Below, one piece after another: positions 7,781-15,474 of a stretch of DNA of 33,898 bases; within the stretch, counting starts at the first letter, position 1, and the number at the start of each line of letters is the position of its first letter. The DNA is taken from the IMG/VR virus record IMGVR_UViG_3300030100_000462, positions 1 through 33,898 of that record; one strand, given 5' to 3'. The notes beneath the pieces are model-generated. The model made no database searches, had not been told where the DNA came from, and was given only the letters and a program-made list of their open reading frames with translations. This DNA comes from a virus (Duplodnaviria; Caudoviricetes). Both the position numbers and the translations under genes were made by a program.

Positions 7781-7811
7781 ATATTATCAGATATATTTCG
7801 TGTTTAGTTTG
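7780..7811 (-). promoter_or_regulatory. Promoter-like motif, copy 3
   Basis: TATATTATC-N9-TCGTGTTTAGTTTG; heads the zinc-finger/ncRNA/tRNA unit. Confidence 0.7.
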
Positions 7812-7813
7812 TA

Positions 7814-8047
7814 TTATTTTACAACATCAAAATCTATTTCTGTACTTGGATTAGCTTCTAACCAGTTCAGCATATACTCAATTGTTCTTCTCATTATTGC
7901 TGTTTTTACTTGTTGATAATCGTCACCTTCTAAATCTTCTATTTCAGGTATACCATCAACAGCCCAGTCAATTGAGTCGTCTAATTGTTCTAAACATACT
8001 TCGTGTAAGTATTCTGCTACTCTATCTATTTCTTTCATTTTACTCAT
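7814..8047 (-). CDS. Small acidic hypothetical protein
   Basis: ORF with an AT-rich leader, overlapping the upstream stop. Confidence 0.7.
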   Translation of the reverse strand: MSKMKEIDRVAEYLHEVCLEQLDDSIDWAVDGIPEIEDLEGDDYQQVKTAIMRRTIEYMLNWLEANPSTEIDFDVVK

Positions 8048-8237
8048 CGTAATCTTTTTTAATTGTTAAACCTAATTCTCTTGCAACGTAGTTAATATGT
8101 TTCTGTGTTGTTACACTCCACCATCCGTGTTGTATAAGTTTTCCCGGATATTCGATCGTTGCGACGTGAGTTGAGTAAGACCATATGTTATTACCTACTC
8201 GTCTTAAATTTTCTTTATATCTATTAAATTTTCTCAT
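8040..8237 (-). CDS. Hypothetical phage protein (start likely ATG 8237)
   Basis: WSYSTHVA...WSVTTQKHIN pattern that I recall from small phage early proteins. Confidence 0.7.
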   Translation of the reverse strand: MRKFNRYKENLRRVGNNIWSYSTHVATIEYPGKLIQHGWWSVTTQKHINYVARELGLTIKKDYDE

Positions 8238-8439
8238 ATAATTCTTTATTTGCGTTAGCGAGAGCTTGTCTCCACTCCCATTCTTTTTTTCTATAATCGT
8301 AGCTAGCACACCATTTGCGCCATGCTTTTGTCATGTCATTAGAGCCATACTTTGCTTCAAACTCTTCGACTTGCTTTAACTTCGCAGCAATTTTTGCTGG
8401 GTCAAAATCTTTAAATTCTGTCATTGTCAATTTTTCCAT
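8224..8439 (-). CDS. Hypothetical protein (start likely 8439 or 8424)
   Basis: Tiling with its neighbours. Confidence 0.6.
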   Translation of the reverse strand: MEKLTMTEFKDFDPAKIAAKLKQVEEFEAKYGSNDMTKAWRKWCASYDYRKKEWEWRQALANANKELYEKI

Positions 8440-8665
8440 CTGTAAATAGTTTATCACCATATTTAAAATCAATTCTATCCCACTTAAATTCATTTATATC
8501 ACCCCATATTAATAGGTCTTTAATAGTTCGCATAGTTAAATCATTGTAGCAAGTAAACCTGTGTAGTTCAGCAATTACTTCACGTGGACCATGCTCGTAC
8601 TTTTGTGAGTTTTCTTTTAGCTTTGCCTTGATTTCTGGCTTTAGTCTTTGGTATAATGTTTTCAT
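8411..8665 (-). CDS. Hypothetical protein
   Basis: ATG directly downstream of promoter motif copy 4. Confidence 0.7.
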   Translation of the reverse strand: MKTLYQRLKPEIKAKLKENSQKYEHGPREVIAELHRFTCYNDLTMRTIKDLLIWGDINEFKWDRIDFKYGDKLFTDGKIDNDRI

Positions 8666-8678
8666 ATCTTTTCTTTAT

Positions 8679-8710
8679 TATATTATCCGTTTGTATTCGT
8701 ATTTAGTCTG
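8679..8710 (-). promoter_or_regulatory. Promoter-like motif, copy 4
   Basis: TATATTATC-N9-TCGTATTTAGTCTG. Confidence 0.65.
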
Positions 8711-8925
8711 TAATGGTCATTCCACCTTCTATTGTAAGAATATTGTTTACCTTTACCATAACTCTTCTTACCTTCTACTCTGTATCTTCTTCCACCCATA
8801 CCTTTACATTCACCGTATACTTTTAGTATTTCAGTATGATTATGTTTTCTTTGTTTTCTTTTCATTTTAGTGTAAGCAATTAATTCCTTCATTGACTTAC
8901 ACACATAGTATGTTTCACCTTTCAT
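8683..8925 (-). CDS. Basic hypothetical protein
   Basis: K/R-rich 80 aa; ATGA overlap with the upstream ORF. Confidence 0.6.
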   Translation of the reverse strand: MKGETYYVCKSMKELIAYTKMKRKQRKHNHTEILKVYGECKGMGGRRYRVEGKKSYGKGKQYSYNRRWNDHYRLNTNTNG

Positions 8926-9059
8926 AGTATAGTTGTATTATTATATTCGTGTATTTCGTTTATTGCCTGTACAAATTCATCTTTGTCAATTGTACCGTCT
9001 TCAAGTTTACTTATTTGAAAACCTATTTCAGTCATTAGTTCTATAAATTCTCTACTCAT
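8922..9059 (-). CDS. Small hypothetical protein (45 aa, MSREFIELMTEIG...)
   Basis: Below the track cutoff; fills the gap exactly. Confidence 0.65.
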   Translation of the reverse strand: MSREFIELMTEIGFQISKLEDGTIDKDEFVQAINEIHEYNNTTIL

Positions 9060-9062
9060 AGT

Positions 9063-9281
9063 TTATTTAGTTAATTCAGTTAATATATCTTCCAACATTT
9101 CTATACTTGTTGATTTTAATCTTTCGTCAAACCACTCTTGATTCACTATGCCATTATGAAATACATAGTTAATAATTTTAGTTTCATTGTTTACGTCTTC
9201 TTCGCTTCCCCAATAGTGAGAAGATTCCTTGTGTTTTACTATTTCGTTTTTAGTAAATTCTATAATTTCTTTCTTATTCAT
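9063..9281 (-). CDS. Hypothetical protein
   Basis: ATG downstream of promoter motif copy 5. Confidence 0.7.
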   Translation of the reverse strand: MNKKEIIEFTKNEIVKHKESSHYWGSEEDVNNETKIINYVFHNGIVNQEWFDERLKSTSIEMLEDILTELTK

Positions 9282-9304
9282 TTTATTATTTATTAGTTAC
9301 ATAC

Positions 9305-9335
9305 ATATTATCCATTTACTTTCGTGTTTAGCTTG
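9305..9335 (-). promoter_or_regulatory. Promoter-like motif, copy 5
   Basis: ATATTATC-N9-TCGTGTTTAGCTTG. Confidence 0.7.
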
Positions 9336-9415
9336 TTAAAGTATATTGTTTGTTTAATAGTAAAAAAAGTATTGTAGGTATTGTACTAAGTCTCTTGTTG
9401 TACAAAGTAAAAATA

Positions 9416-9461
9416 GTGACGTTAGCTAGTAAATATAGTAATAATAGTAAGCTTTTGTCAC
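9416..9461. promoter_or_regulatory. ~45-bp quasi-palindromic site, copy B
   Basis: GTGACGTTAGCT...AT-rich...AGCTTTTGTCAC. Confidence 0.55.
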
Positions 9462-9542
9462 ACTATTTACCGAAGCGACACAATGTCATGTTAGCAACTT
9501 TATATGACAATACGACATACGGTGAATTTCCGGCACAGTTTT

Positions 9543-9572
9543 TGCTATACGCAATGCTATACATTGCTATAC
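9543..9572. repeat. Three direct repeats of TGCTATAC
   Basis: Copies start at 9543, 9555 and 9565. Confidence 0.8.
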
Positions 9573-9638
9573 ACCGAGGGCCGGTGCCGAGTGATGCTTT
9601 CCGCATATCTTGCCGCGCCCTGTTTGGTGCTGAGGAGT

Positions 9639-9941
9639 TTACTTTAATTCAACTCTCTCTATTACAATGTCTCTCACATTTGTTGGCATGTCAGTAGACT
9701 GTGACCAGTAGCCTCGCTTTAGCCAGCATGGCATTATACTTAGCTTTGGTAACATTACTTTAAGAACTTCGTCGTGGTTGTAAGTAATCTTTACATTCTT
9801 ATTGTTAGTGAATGTTATGATTTGGTTTCTACCGTACCATGACTTTCTTACTACAAAGTTCTTTCTTGTTATTGGTGGAAAGATTTCTTTTAATTCTTTC
9901 TTACTTAGTTTACTGATTGCTTTATTTAATTTAGTATTCAT
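9639..9941 (-). CDS. Hypothetical protein, first gene of the leftward arm
   Basis: 100-aa ORF preceded by promoter motif copy 6. Confidence 0.75.
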   Translation of the reverse strand: MNTKLNKAISKLSKKELKEIFPPITRKNFVVRKSWYGRNQIITFTNNKNVKITYNHDEVLKVMLPKLSIMPCWLKRGYWSQSTDMPTNVRDIVIERVELK

Positions 9942-9967
9942 AATATTTAAGTTTTAATAGTTACATT

Positions 9968-9999
9968 TATATTATCTAAAAAACCCCGTATTTAGTTTG
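9968..9999 (-). promoter_or_regulatory. Promoter-like motif, copy 6
   Basis: TATATTATC-N9-CCGTATTTAGTTTG. Confidence 0.7.
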
Positions 10000-10210
10000 C
10001 AAAAAGTTAAAGCGATAGCTGAGGTCGACCGGCACAACCGCGGAAACCTTGGAAACCTCGAACCGAAAACGGAAAAGCAAGGGGGACTGGGTTTATATAT
10101 TTAGCTTTTGTAAAAGCGGTGCAGGCAAAATACGATGACGTAACCCATTTCTTCTCTATATCTTATAATATACGTACCTTATAATAAATAATGTTATTAT
10201 TTATTTATAT

Positions 10211-10254
10211 ATGACATAAGATATAATTATATAATAGTAAGGGGCAAGCGTCAC
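10211..10254. promoter_or_regulatory. ~45-bp quasi-palindromic site, copy C
   Basis: Its reverse complement GTGACGCTTGCCCCTTACTATT matches copy A GTGACATTTGCTTCTTACTATT at 18 of 22 positions. Confidence 0.55.
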
Positions 10255-10292
10255 ATTATTAAAATTTGTAATTTTTGAGTAATAATATAGAT

Positions 10293-10523
10293 ATGGCACA
10301 GAAATTATCAGCTACGGCACGCCGAAATAAGGCAGCAAGAGACAAAAGGTACGCTATGAGTGAGTGGGGTAAGTATAAAAAACGTACTGCACAACAAAAA
10401 GCATGTCCAAAAGGCTATGATTATGACCATAGGCTCAAAAAATGCGTAAAATCCTCTAAAAATAGAGCCGGAGGCAAAGGCGGTACTAAAAATGAACGCA
10501 CAAGAGCGCGTTATGGGTACTAA
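10293..10523 (+). CDS. Small basic protein with a degenerate HNH-like motif (start likely ATG 10293)
   Basis: GYDYDH-x10-NR pattern; K/R-rich. Confidence 0.55.
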   Translation: MAQKLSATARRNKAARDKRYAMSEWGKYKKRTAQQKACPKGYDYDHRLKKCVKSSKNRAGGKGGTKNERTRARYGY

Positions 10524-10568
10524 AAACCAGTAATTTTACGTAATTATACTAATATAAAACCAAAACCA

Positions 10569-10856
10569 ATGACATTTTATTACAAAACCTACTCTTGGTC
10601 GCAAGGCGATGCAGGAGTACCCGAAGAAACCAGGAAGCTTTGGGAGCATATCGCAGAAAAGAAGAACTGGCGAATTGTTCAACTACCAAATGGGTTCTAT
10701 CAGGCTGAATATATTGACTTAGACGAATGTTGGGTCGATGTTACAAGGCGAGAAACGATAGAATCAGCTGAAAATGCTATTGATGGAAGCATCGATCATT
10801 ATAAAAAGAAGCTTGATTTCTTAAAAGGACCAAAGATAGTTAAAACTTTCGAATAA
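10569..10856 (+). CDS. Hypothetical protein
   Basis: Clean ORF with an A-rich leader. Confidence 0.8.
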   Translation: MTFYYKTYSWSQGDAGVPEETRKLWEHIAEKKNWRIVQLPNGFYQAEYIDLDECWVDVTRRETIESAENAIDGSIDHYKKKLDFLKGPKIVKTFE

Positions 10857-10883
10857 TAACCACTTTTAAAAAAATTTAATTAA

Positions 10884-12446
10884 ATGGAATACAATAATCC
10901 AAGTGAGATAGTAAAAAATCTGTCTTTTGGGGCAGATGCAAAAAATAAAATAATGCACGGGGTTGATCAGCTAGCTAACGCGGTGAAGTCAACCTTAGGT
11001 GCTTCCGGAAAATGTGTTATATACGAAGACGCATTAGGCCGGCCGGTAATTACAAAAGACGGTGTAACCGTTGCGGAAAGCGTAGTCTTATATGACCCGG
11101 TCGAAAATATAGGGGCAACCCTTATAAAGGAAGCAGCTAGAAATACAGTTAAAGAAGCTGGAGACGGCACAACAACAGCGACAGTGCTTGCGCAGGCATT
11201 GTTGCATTTAGCATATGCGAAAATTGATAGCGAAGGTATACGTGATATTAAATCAGGCATATCCTCTGCTCTCGATAAAGTAACTAGGCACTTGCAGGAG
11301 GACGCAATCCCTGTTAAAGGGGACATGTTAAGATCCGTAAGTGCTATTAGTTGCAATAATGATGAAGCTCTAGGAAATATCATATCGCAAGCCTATTCGA
11401 AAGTAGGTAAGGATGGTGTCGTCCTAATGGAAGAGTCTGAGACCCATGACACATACGTTAAATTCGTAGAGGGCACCAGAATAGAAGGCGGACTCAAATC
11501 GCCACATTTTATGACAGATAAGGATAAAGGTAGGGCGGTACTAAACAACCCGTACGTACTGATAGTTACTTCGCCAATACCTAATATTCGTAAAATACAA
11601 AACGTATTGGAGTTTGTTATTAAAAAGAAAAGGAGCTTATTAATCGTTGCAGGCGTAGAACAACAACCTATGGCGGCTTTATTAGCTAACAAGGTAAAAG
11701 GCAATATAAAAGTTAATGTTGTAGATCTGCCTGGATTCGGACCAACTAAGCAAGATACAGTAGAAGATCTTGCGATATTGACTGGGGCGAAAATAATAGA
11801 TGAAGAACTAGGTGATGATTTAGATCTAATAAATCCAGATGTTCTTGGCGAAGCTAAACAGGCTATAACCGACAACAGCCACACTGTTCTACAAACTATA
11901 AATCAAGGTGAAGTTTCTAAAGAACGTATTAAAAGCGTTGAAAAGAAAATAAAAAAAGAAAAAGACCCGTACTTTAAGAAGAAGCAACAAGAACGTTTAG
12001 CTATGCTAAATGGGCGAGTTGCAATGATAAAAGTCGGTGCAGATTCTAAAATTGAGTTAAAAGAGAAGAAAGATAGGGTTGAAGACGCTATATATGCAAC
12101 TAAAGCGGCTTTACAAGAAGGAATAGTATCTGGAGGCGGTGTTGCATTATTAGATGCTCATTATAGTATACAACCAGAAAATGAAGGCGAGCGTATTTTA
12201 TTGGAGGCTATAAAAGCTCCTTATAAAACTATTTTAGAAAATGCTAACCTAGAATATAAAGAAACAGGTAAAAAAGGAACTGGCGTTAATGTTATATGCA
12301 ATAAGTCAGTTAATATGGTTAAAGCAGGTATTATTGATCCCGTGCTTGTAACCAAAGCGGCTCTTAAAAATGCAGTAAGTGTTGTTAACACTATATTCTC
12401 TGCTGATTGTGTAATTAGTAATATTAGAATAGATGCAAGCAATTAA
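10884..12446 (+). CDS. groEL: Phage-encoded chaperonin GroEL (Cpn60)
   Basis: ITKDGVTVA, AGDGTTTATVLA, KEKKDRVEDA and GIVSGGG motifs; no GGM tail. Confidence 0.96.
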   Translation: MEYNNPSEIVKNLSFGADAKNKIMHGVDQLANAVKSTLGASGKCVIYEDALGRPVITKDGVTVAESVVLYDPVENIGATLIKEAARNTVKEAGDGTTTATVLAQALLHLAYAKIDSEGIRDIKSGISSALDKVTRHLQEDAIPVKGDMLRSVSAISCNNDEALGNIISQAYSKVGKDGVVLMEESETHDTYVKFVEGTRIEGGLKSPHFMTDKDKGRAVLNNPYVLIVTSPIPNIRKIQNVLEFVIKKKRSLLIVAGVEQQPMAALLANKVKGNIKVNVVDLPGFGPTKQDTVEDLAILTGAKIIDEELGDDLDLINPDVLGEAKQAITDNSHTVLQTINQGEVSKERIKSVEKKIKKEKDPYFKKKQQERLAMLNGRVAMIKVGADSKIELKEKKDRVEDAIYATKAALQEGIVSGGGVALLDAHYSIQPENEGERILLEAIKAPYKTILENANLEYKETGKKGTGVNVICNKSVNMVKAGIIDPVLVTKAALKNAVSVVNTIFSADCVISNIRIDASN

Positions 12447-12690
12447 TTATTATGTAGTCGTTGAAAAAATAAAAGAAGCACCAAAAAAAGTGGGCGGCTT
12501 AGAACTTACGGAAGATCAGAATAAAGACGTAAGATATTTAAAAGGAAAAGTAATATCAGCAGGGCCAATGGCTGATGTGCTAAAACAAGGAGATATAGTT
12601 AGATATGATAAACAAGCCGGTCACGGTATAGAATGGAAAGATCAACTATATTATGTATTGAAACTTGGTGATATAGTTTTAGTTGAATGA
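12433..12690 (+). CDS. groES: Co-chaperonin GroES (Cpn10)
   Basis: Mobile loop KKVGGLEL, GKVISAG, LKQGDIVRY; overlaps the end of groEL. Confidence 0.88.
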   Translation: MQAINYYVVVEKIKEAPKKVGGLELTEDQNKDVRYLKGKVISAGPMADVLKQGDIVRYDKQAGHGIEWKDQLYYVLKLGDIVLVE

Positions 12691-13127
12691 AACTAAGTGC
12701 AAGTGACATAAGAGAATTAAATTTATTAAAGTATTATAGGCTCATTCGCAAATGGGCCTGTAAAACTTATGGACTAAAAGATGCTGATTTAGAACTTTTA
12801 GTCTATTTAGATTGCAAATCGCGATTTACACGTAATGAATTTATAGAAGGCGCATATACATACTCATGGGATAAAAACAGATGGGAACGGCTAAGAAGAG
12901 ACGGCTGGATAGATATATGGCGTCAAAGAAATAGAACAACGATAAAATACAGTATATATAAAACCTCATTTAAATGTAGTCAACTTATATCTCGTATATA
13001 CAGAATAATGCTCGCAGAAGAAGACTTACCTACAAGCGAGAGAAGTGTATTTTATAATAATAAATCATATACCGATAAAGTTTATAATAAAGCTATAGAC
13101 GATATGATAAAAGACAAAGACAGATAA
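12687..13127 (+). CDS. Putative winged-helix (MarR-like) DNA-binding protein
   Basis: GL...DLELL.YL...RL.RDGWI...Y..S.K pattern. Confidence 0.55.
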   Translation: MKLSASDIRELNLLKYYRLIRKWACKTYGLKDADLELLVYLDCKSRFTRNEFIEGAYTYSWDKNRWERLRRDGWIDIWRQRNRTTIKYSIYKTSFKCSQLISRIYRIMLAEEDLPTSERSVFYNNKSYTDKVYNKAIDDMIKDKDR

Positions 13128-13519
13128 TGGGCTACAAAATGCGAAGCAGTATTCCGGAAATATTAGGTATTAACGAAGAATTATCAACGCCTGATGTGCC
13201 AGTATTTGAAAAAAACTTAGGTAAAGCTTGGGGCTATGCTAAGATGGATAGAACTATTGAAATAAATAGTAAGCTAGATGATAATAAAAAGAAGCATGTA
13301 CATGAGCATGAAATGGAACATGTAATGCAAATGAGAAGAGGTGAAGCGTGGTATGATAATAATAATGTTTATCATAAACCAAATCTTAGCGAACCAATAC
13401 AAGTTTATAAAAGAGTAGGGGGAGGATTTTTAGTTAACGGGAAAAAAATGAAAACAGGTGACCCAGAAAATCCTATTGAAAAACCAGTATATAATAAAAC
13501 AGGATATTATGCCAAGTAA
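13127..13519 (+). CDS. Hypothetical protein with an HExxH metalloprotease-like motif
   Basis: GYA...IEIN...HEMEHVMQ. Confidence 0.6.
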   Translation: MGYKMRSSIPEILGINEELSTPDVPVFEKNLGKAWGYAKMDRTIEINSKLDDNKKKHVHEHEMEHVMQMRRGEAWYDNNNVYHKPNLSEPIQVYKRVGGGFLVNGKKMKTGDPENPIEKPVYNKTGYYAK

Positions 13520-13802
13520 AAATGCACCATCAAAGAAAAAATCTCTAGGTTATTACAATCCGGTAAAAAACAAGAAGAAAGAAGGAGCAGCTGCCGGAGG
13601 CGGTATGACTAAGAAAGGCGTAGCTAAATATAGAAGAGATAATCCTGGTAGTAAATTAAAAACAGCTGTTACTAAGTGTGACGTTAAGGTTGGCACTAAA
13701 GCATATAAAAGACAAAAAGCATTTTGCAGTAGATCAAGAAGCTGGAAAGGCGAAAGAGGAAAAGCCGCTAGAAGAAGATGGTGCTGCAGTAGACACAGAT
13801 AA
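13509..13802 (+). CDS. Small basic phage protein (start likely ATG 13509)
   Basis: GGMTKKGVAKYRRDNPGSKLKTAVT...AFCSR pattern that I recall from marine phages. Confidence 0.75.
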   Translation: MPSKNAPSKKKSLGYYNPVKNKKKEGAAAGGGMTKKGVAKYRRDNPGSKLKTAVTKCDVKVGTKAYKRQKAFCSRSRSWKGERGKAARRRWCCSRHR

Positions 13803-13804
13803 TT

Positions 13805-13975
13805 ATGTATAGAAATAATCCAAAGGGTCTAGGAGACTCAATAGAAAATTTTACAACAAAAACAGGTATAAAGAGCTTTGTGGAAAAAGTATCAAATGGC
13901 CTAAGTATTCCTTGCGGATGTGAAGGAAGAAGAAAAGCTATGAACACACTATTTCCATATAGAAAAAACAATTAA
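13805..13975 (+). CDS. Small phage protein (56 aa) with GLGD...CGC motif
   Basis: Below the cutoff; MYRNNPKGLGDSIENFTTKTGIK...PCGCEGRRKAMNTLFPY. Confidence 0.8.
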   Translation: MYRNNPKGLGDSIENFTTKTGIKSFVEKVSNGLSIPCGCEGRRKAMNTLFPYRKNN

Positions 13976-14002
13976 TCGATTAAATAAACAAAAACAATTA
14001 AA

Positions 14003-14506
14003 ATGGCAAAACACAACAAAAAAGCGAAAGCTAAGGCAAAAGCTATTAAAGGCGGAATGCCTCAGGATGTAGCTGACCGTGTATTTAAAATGCAACCGGG
14101 CAAACCTGGTAGACGAATGAGCAATAGTACATTTTCTTACAATGCAGAAAAAGTAATGGCACAAATGCCTACTTTTAATGTAACAGAAAAAGATTTGAAT
14201 CCAGTTGAAAAACTGTTAAATAAAGCAAATATAGATTTTGGTGATGGAGCATCAACAAGACCTGGAGATTATCTTAGACATAAGAAAAGATTTGGCGGAC
14301 CAAAAGGCTCTGTTAATTATAGAGGAGAAACTAATATTGGTTTTAACCTTTTTGCTCCTAAAAATAAAGTAAGTGGGCCTACAGTCCCTTCTACAATTAA
14401 AGTTAACAATAGATCTATTGGTGATTCAATGTTTCAAGATGCAAACCAAGATGGTACTATGTTAGGTAGAGGTCTTACAAGAATTAAGAACTTCTTTACT
14501 AGATAA
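14003..14506 (+). CDS. Basic hypothetical protein
   Basis: ORF with an A-rich leader. Confidence 0.75.
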   Translation: MAKHNKKAKAKAKAIKGGMPQDVADRVFKMQPGKPGRRMSNSTFSYNAEKVMAQMPTFNVTEKDLNPVEKLLNKANIDFGDGASTRPGDYLRHKKRFGGPKGSVNYRGETNIGFNLFAPKNKVSGPTVPSTIKVNNRSIGDSMFQDANQDGTMLGRGLTRIKNFFTR

Positions 14507-14542
14507 GAATATAAATAAATTAATCAAATTAAATTAAATAAA

Positions 14543-14746
14543 ATGAAATATATATATAAGGTAATATTATACCTACTGTTGCCATTGGCATATAATTTTT
14601 TAGCATATACATTAATACAATATGAATTTACAAATTCTTGGGGTTCTATACTGTTATATGTTCAAATGTTATTTATGTTTTTATGGGCTATGGTAGGATT
14701 AGTACTTATGGCAAAAAAATACATTTATGTCAAAAATACTATCTAA
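14543..14746 (+). CDS. Two-TM membrane protein
   Basis: Two hydrophobic segments; overlaps the holin start. Confidence 0.6.
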   Translation: MKYIYKVILYLLLPLAYNFLAYTLIQYEFTNSWGSILLYVQMLFMFLWAMVGLVLMAKKYIYVKNTI

Positions 14747-15125
14747 ATTATTTGGTAACGCCGGCGGCGCAGTTGTAGACAAGCTTGCCGGTGTTGCTGA
14801 TAAGTTTATTCGAACTAAAGATGAAAAAGCTGAGTTCGAAAAAGAAATGACGCAAATATTTATAGAAGCAGAAAAAGAAATGCAAAAGAATGTTACTGAA
14901 AGATGGAAAGCAGATCTTGAGCATGGTAACTGGCTTACTCGTTCAGTTAGACCGTTAGTATTAGTATTTTTAATTATAAGTACTGTATTAATGGTTTTTA
15001 TTGATTCTGGTTCTATTGCTTTTGAAGTAGAGGATAAATGGACAGACCTATTACAAATTGTCCTTATAACAGTAATCGGCGCATACTTTGGTGGACGCTC
15101 GGTTGAAAAAATACGAAAAAAATAA
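14727..15125 (+). CDS. Holin (GTA 3TM-holin-like)
   Basis: WLTRSVRP, TM helices and YFGGRSVEK. Confidence 0.75.
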   Translation: MSKILSKLFGNAGGAVVDKLAGVADKFIRTKDEKAEFEKEMTQIFIEAEKEMQKNVTERWKADLEHGNWLTRSVRPLVLVFLIISTVLMVFIDSGSIAFEVEDKWTDLLQIVLITVIGAYFGGRSVEKIRKK

Positions 15126-15467
15126 ATGCCTAGAATTAAAAATATAGCTTTAGATTCTGTTATTCATGAGAATGACAAGCTGCTAGGTACTGATTCGCAA
15201 ACTGGAAATACTAAAAATTTTAAGGTTGCGGATTTAAAAACTTTTATTAAAAAAGAAAGACTTTTTATACATCATCAAAATTCAGCTTCAAATACTTGGA
15301 CAATAAATCACAACTTAGACACATTTCCTGATGTTTGTATTAAATTTTCAAGTAGTGACGAAGTTTACGAAAATGTAGGCGCATTTGCTGGTGTAAAATA
15401 CAATGACAACAATACTATAACAATAACTTTAGCGGCTGCTGAAAGCGGCTACGCATACTTAAACTAA
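15126..15467 (+). CDS. Putative virion/tail-associated protein
   Basis: HQ.SAS.TW.INHNL...P.V...N..TIT....SG.AYLN module. Confidence 0.65.
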   Translation: MPRIKNIALDSVIHENDKLLGTDSQTGNTKNFKVADLKTFIKKERLFIHHQNSASNTWTINHNLDTFPDVCIKFSSSDEVYENVGAFAGVKYNDNNTITITLAAAESGYAYLN

Positions 15468-15474
15468 AACAATT

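Noticed and set aside
8939-8971. Possible seventh promoter-motif copy
   Set aside because: Several mismatches and a 10-nt spacer; left out of the count.
9543-9572. CRISPR-like array
   Set aside because: 8-bp repeats with 2-4 nt gaps, no spacers and no cas genes; no CRISPR array seen anywhere in the window.
9350-9697. 115-aa plus-strand ORF
   Set aside because: TTG start, runs through operator-like sites and repeats, and no protein-like motif.
10135-10178. Possible fourth 45-bp site (ATGACG...CGTACC)
   Set aside because: The right half-site is degenerate and CTTACTATT is absent.
10967-12442. Long antisense ORFs in groEL
   Set aside because: Typical shadow frames of a conserved gene; the +1 sense frame contained several stops in the part checked (about 10950-11130).
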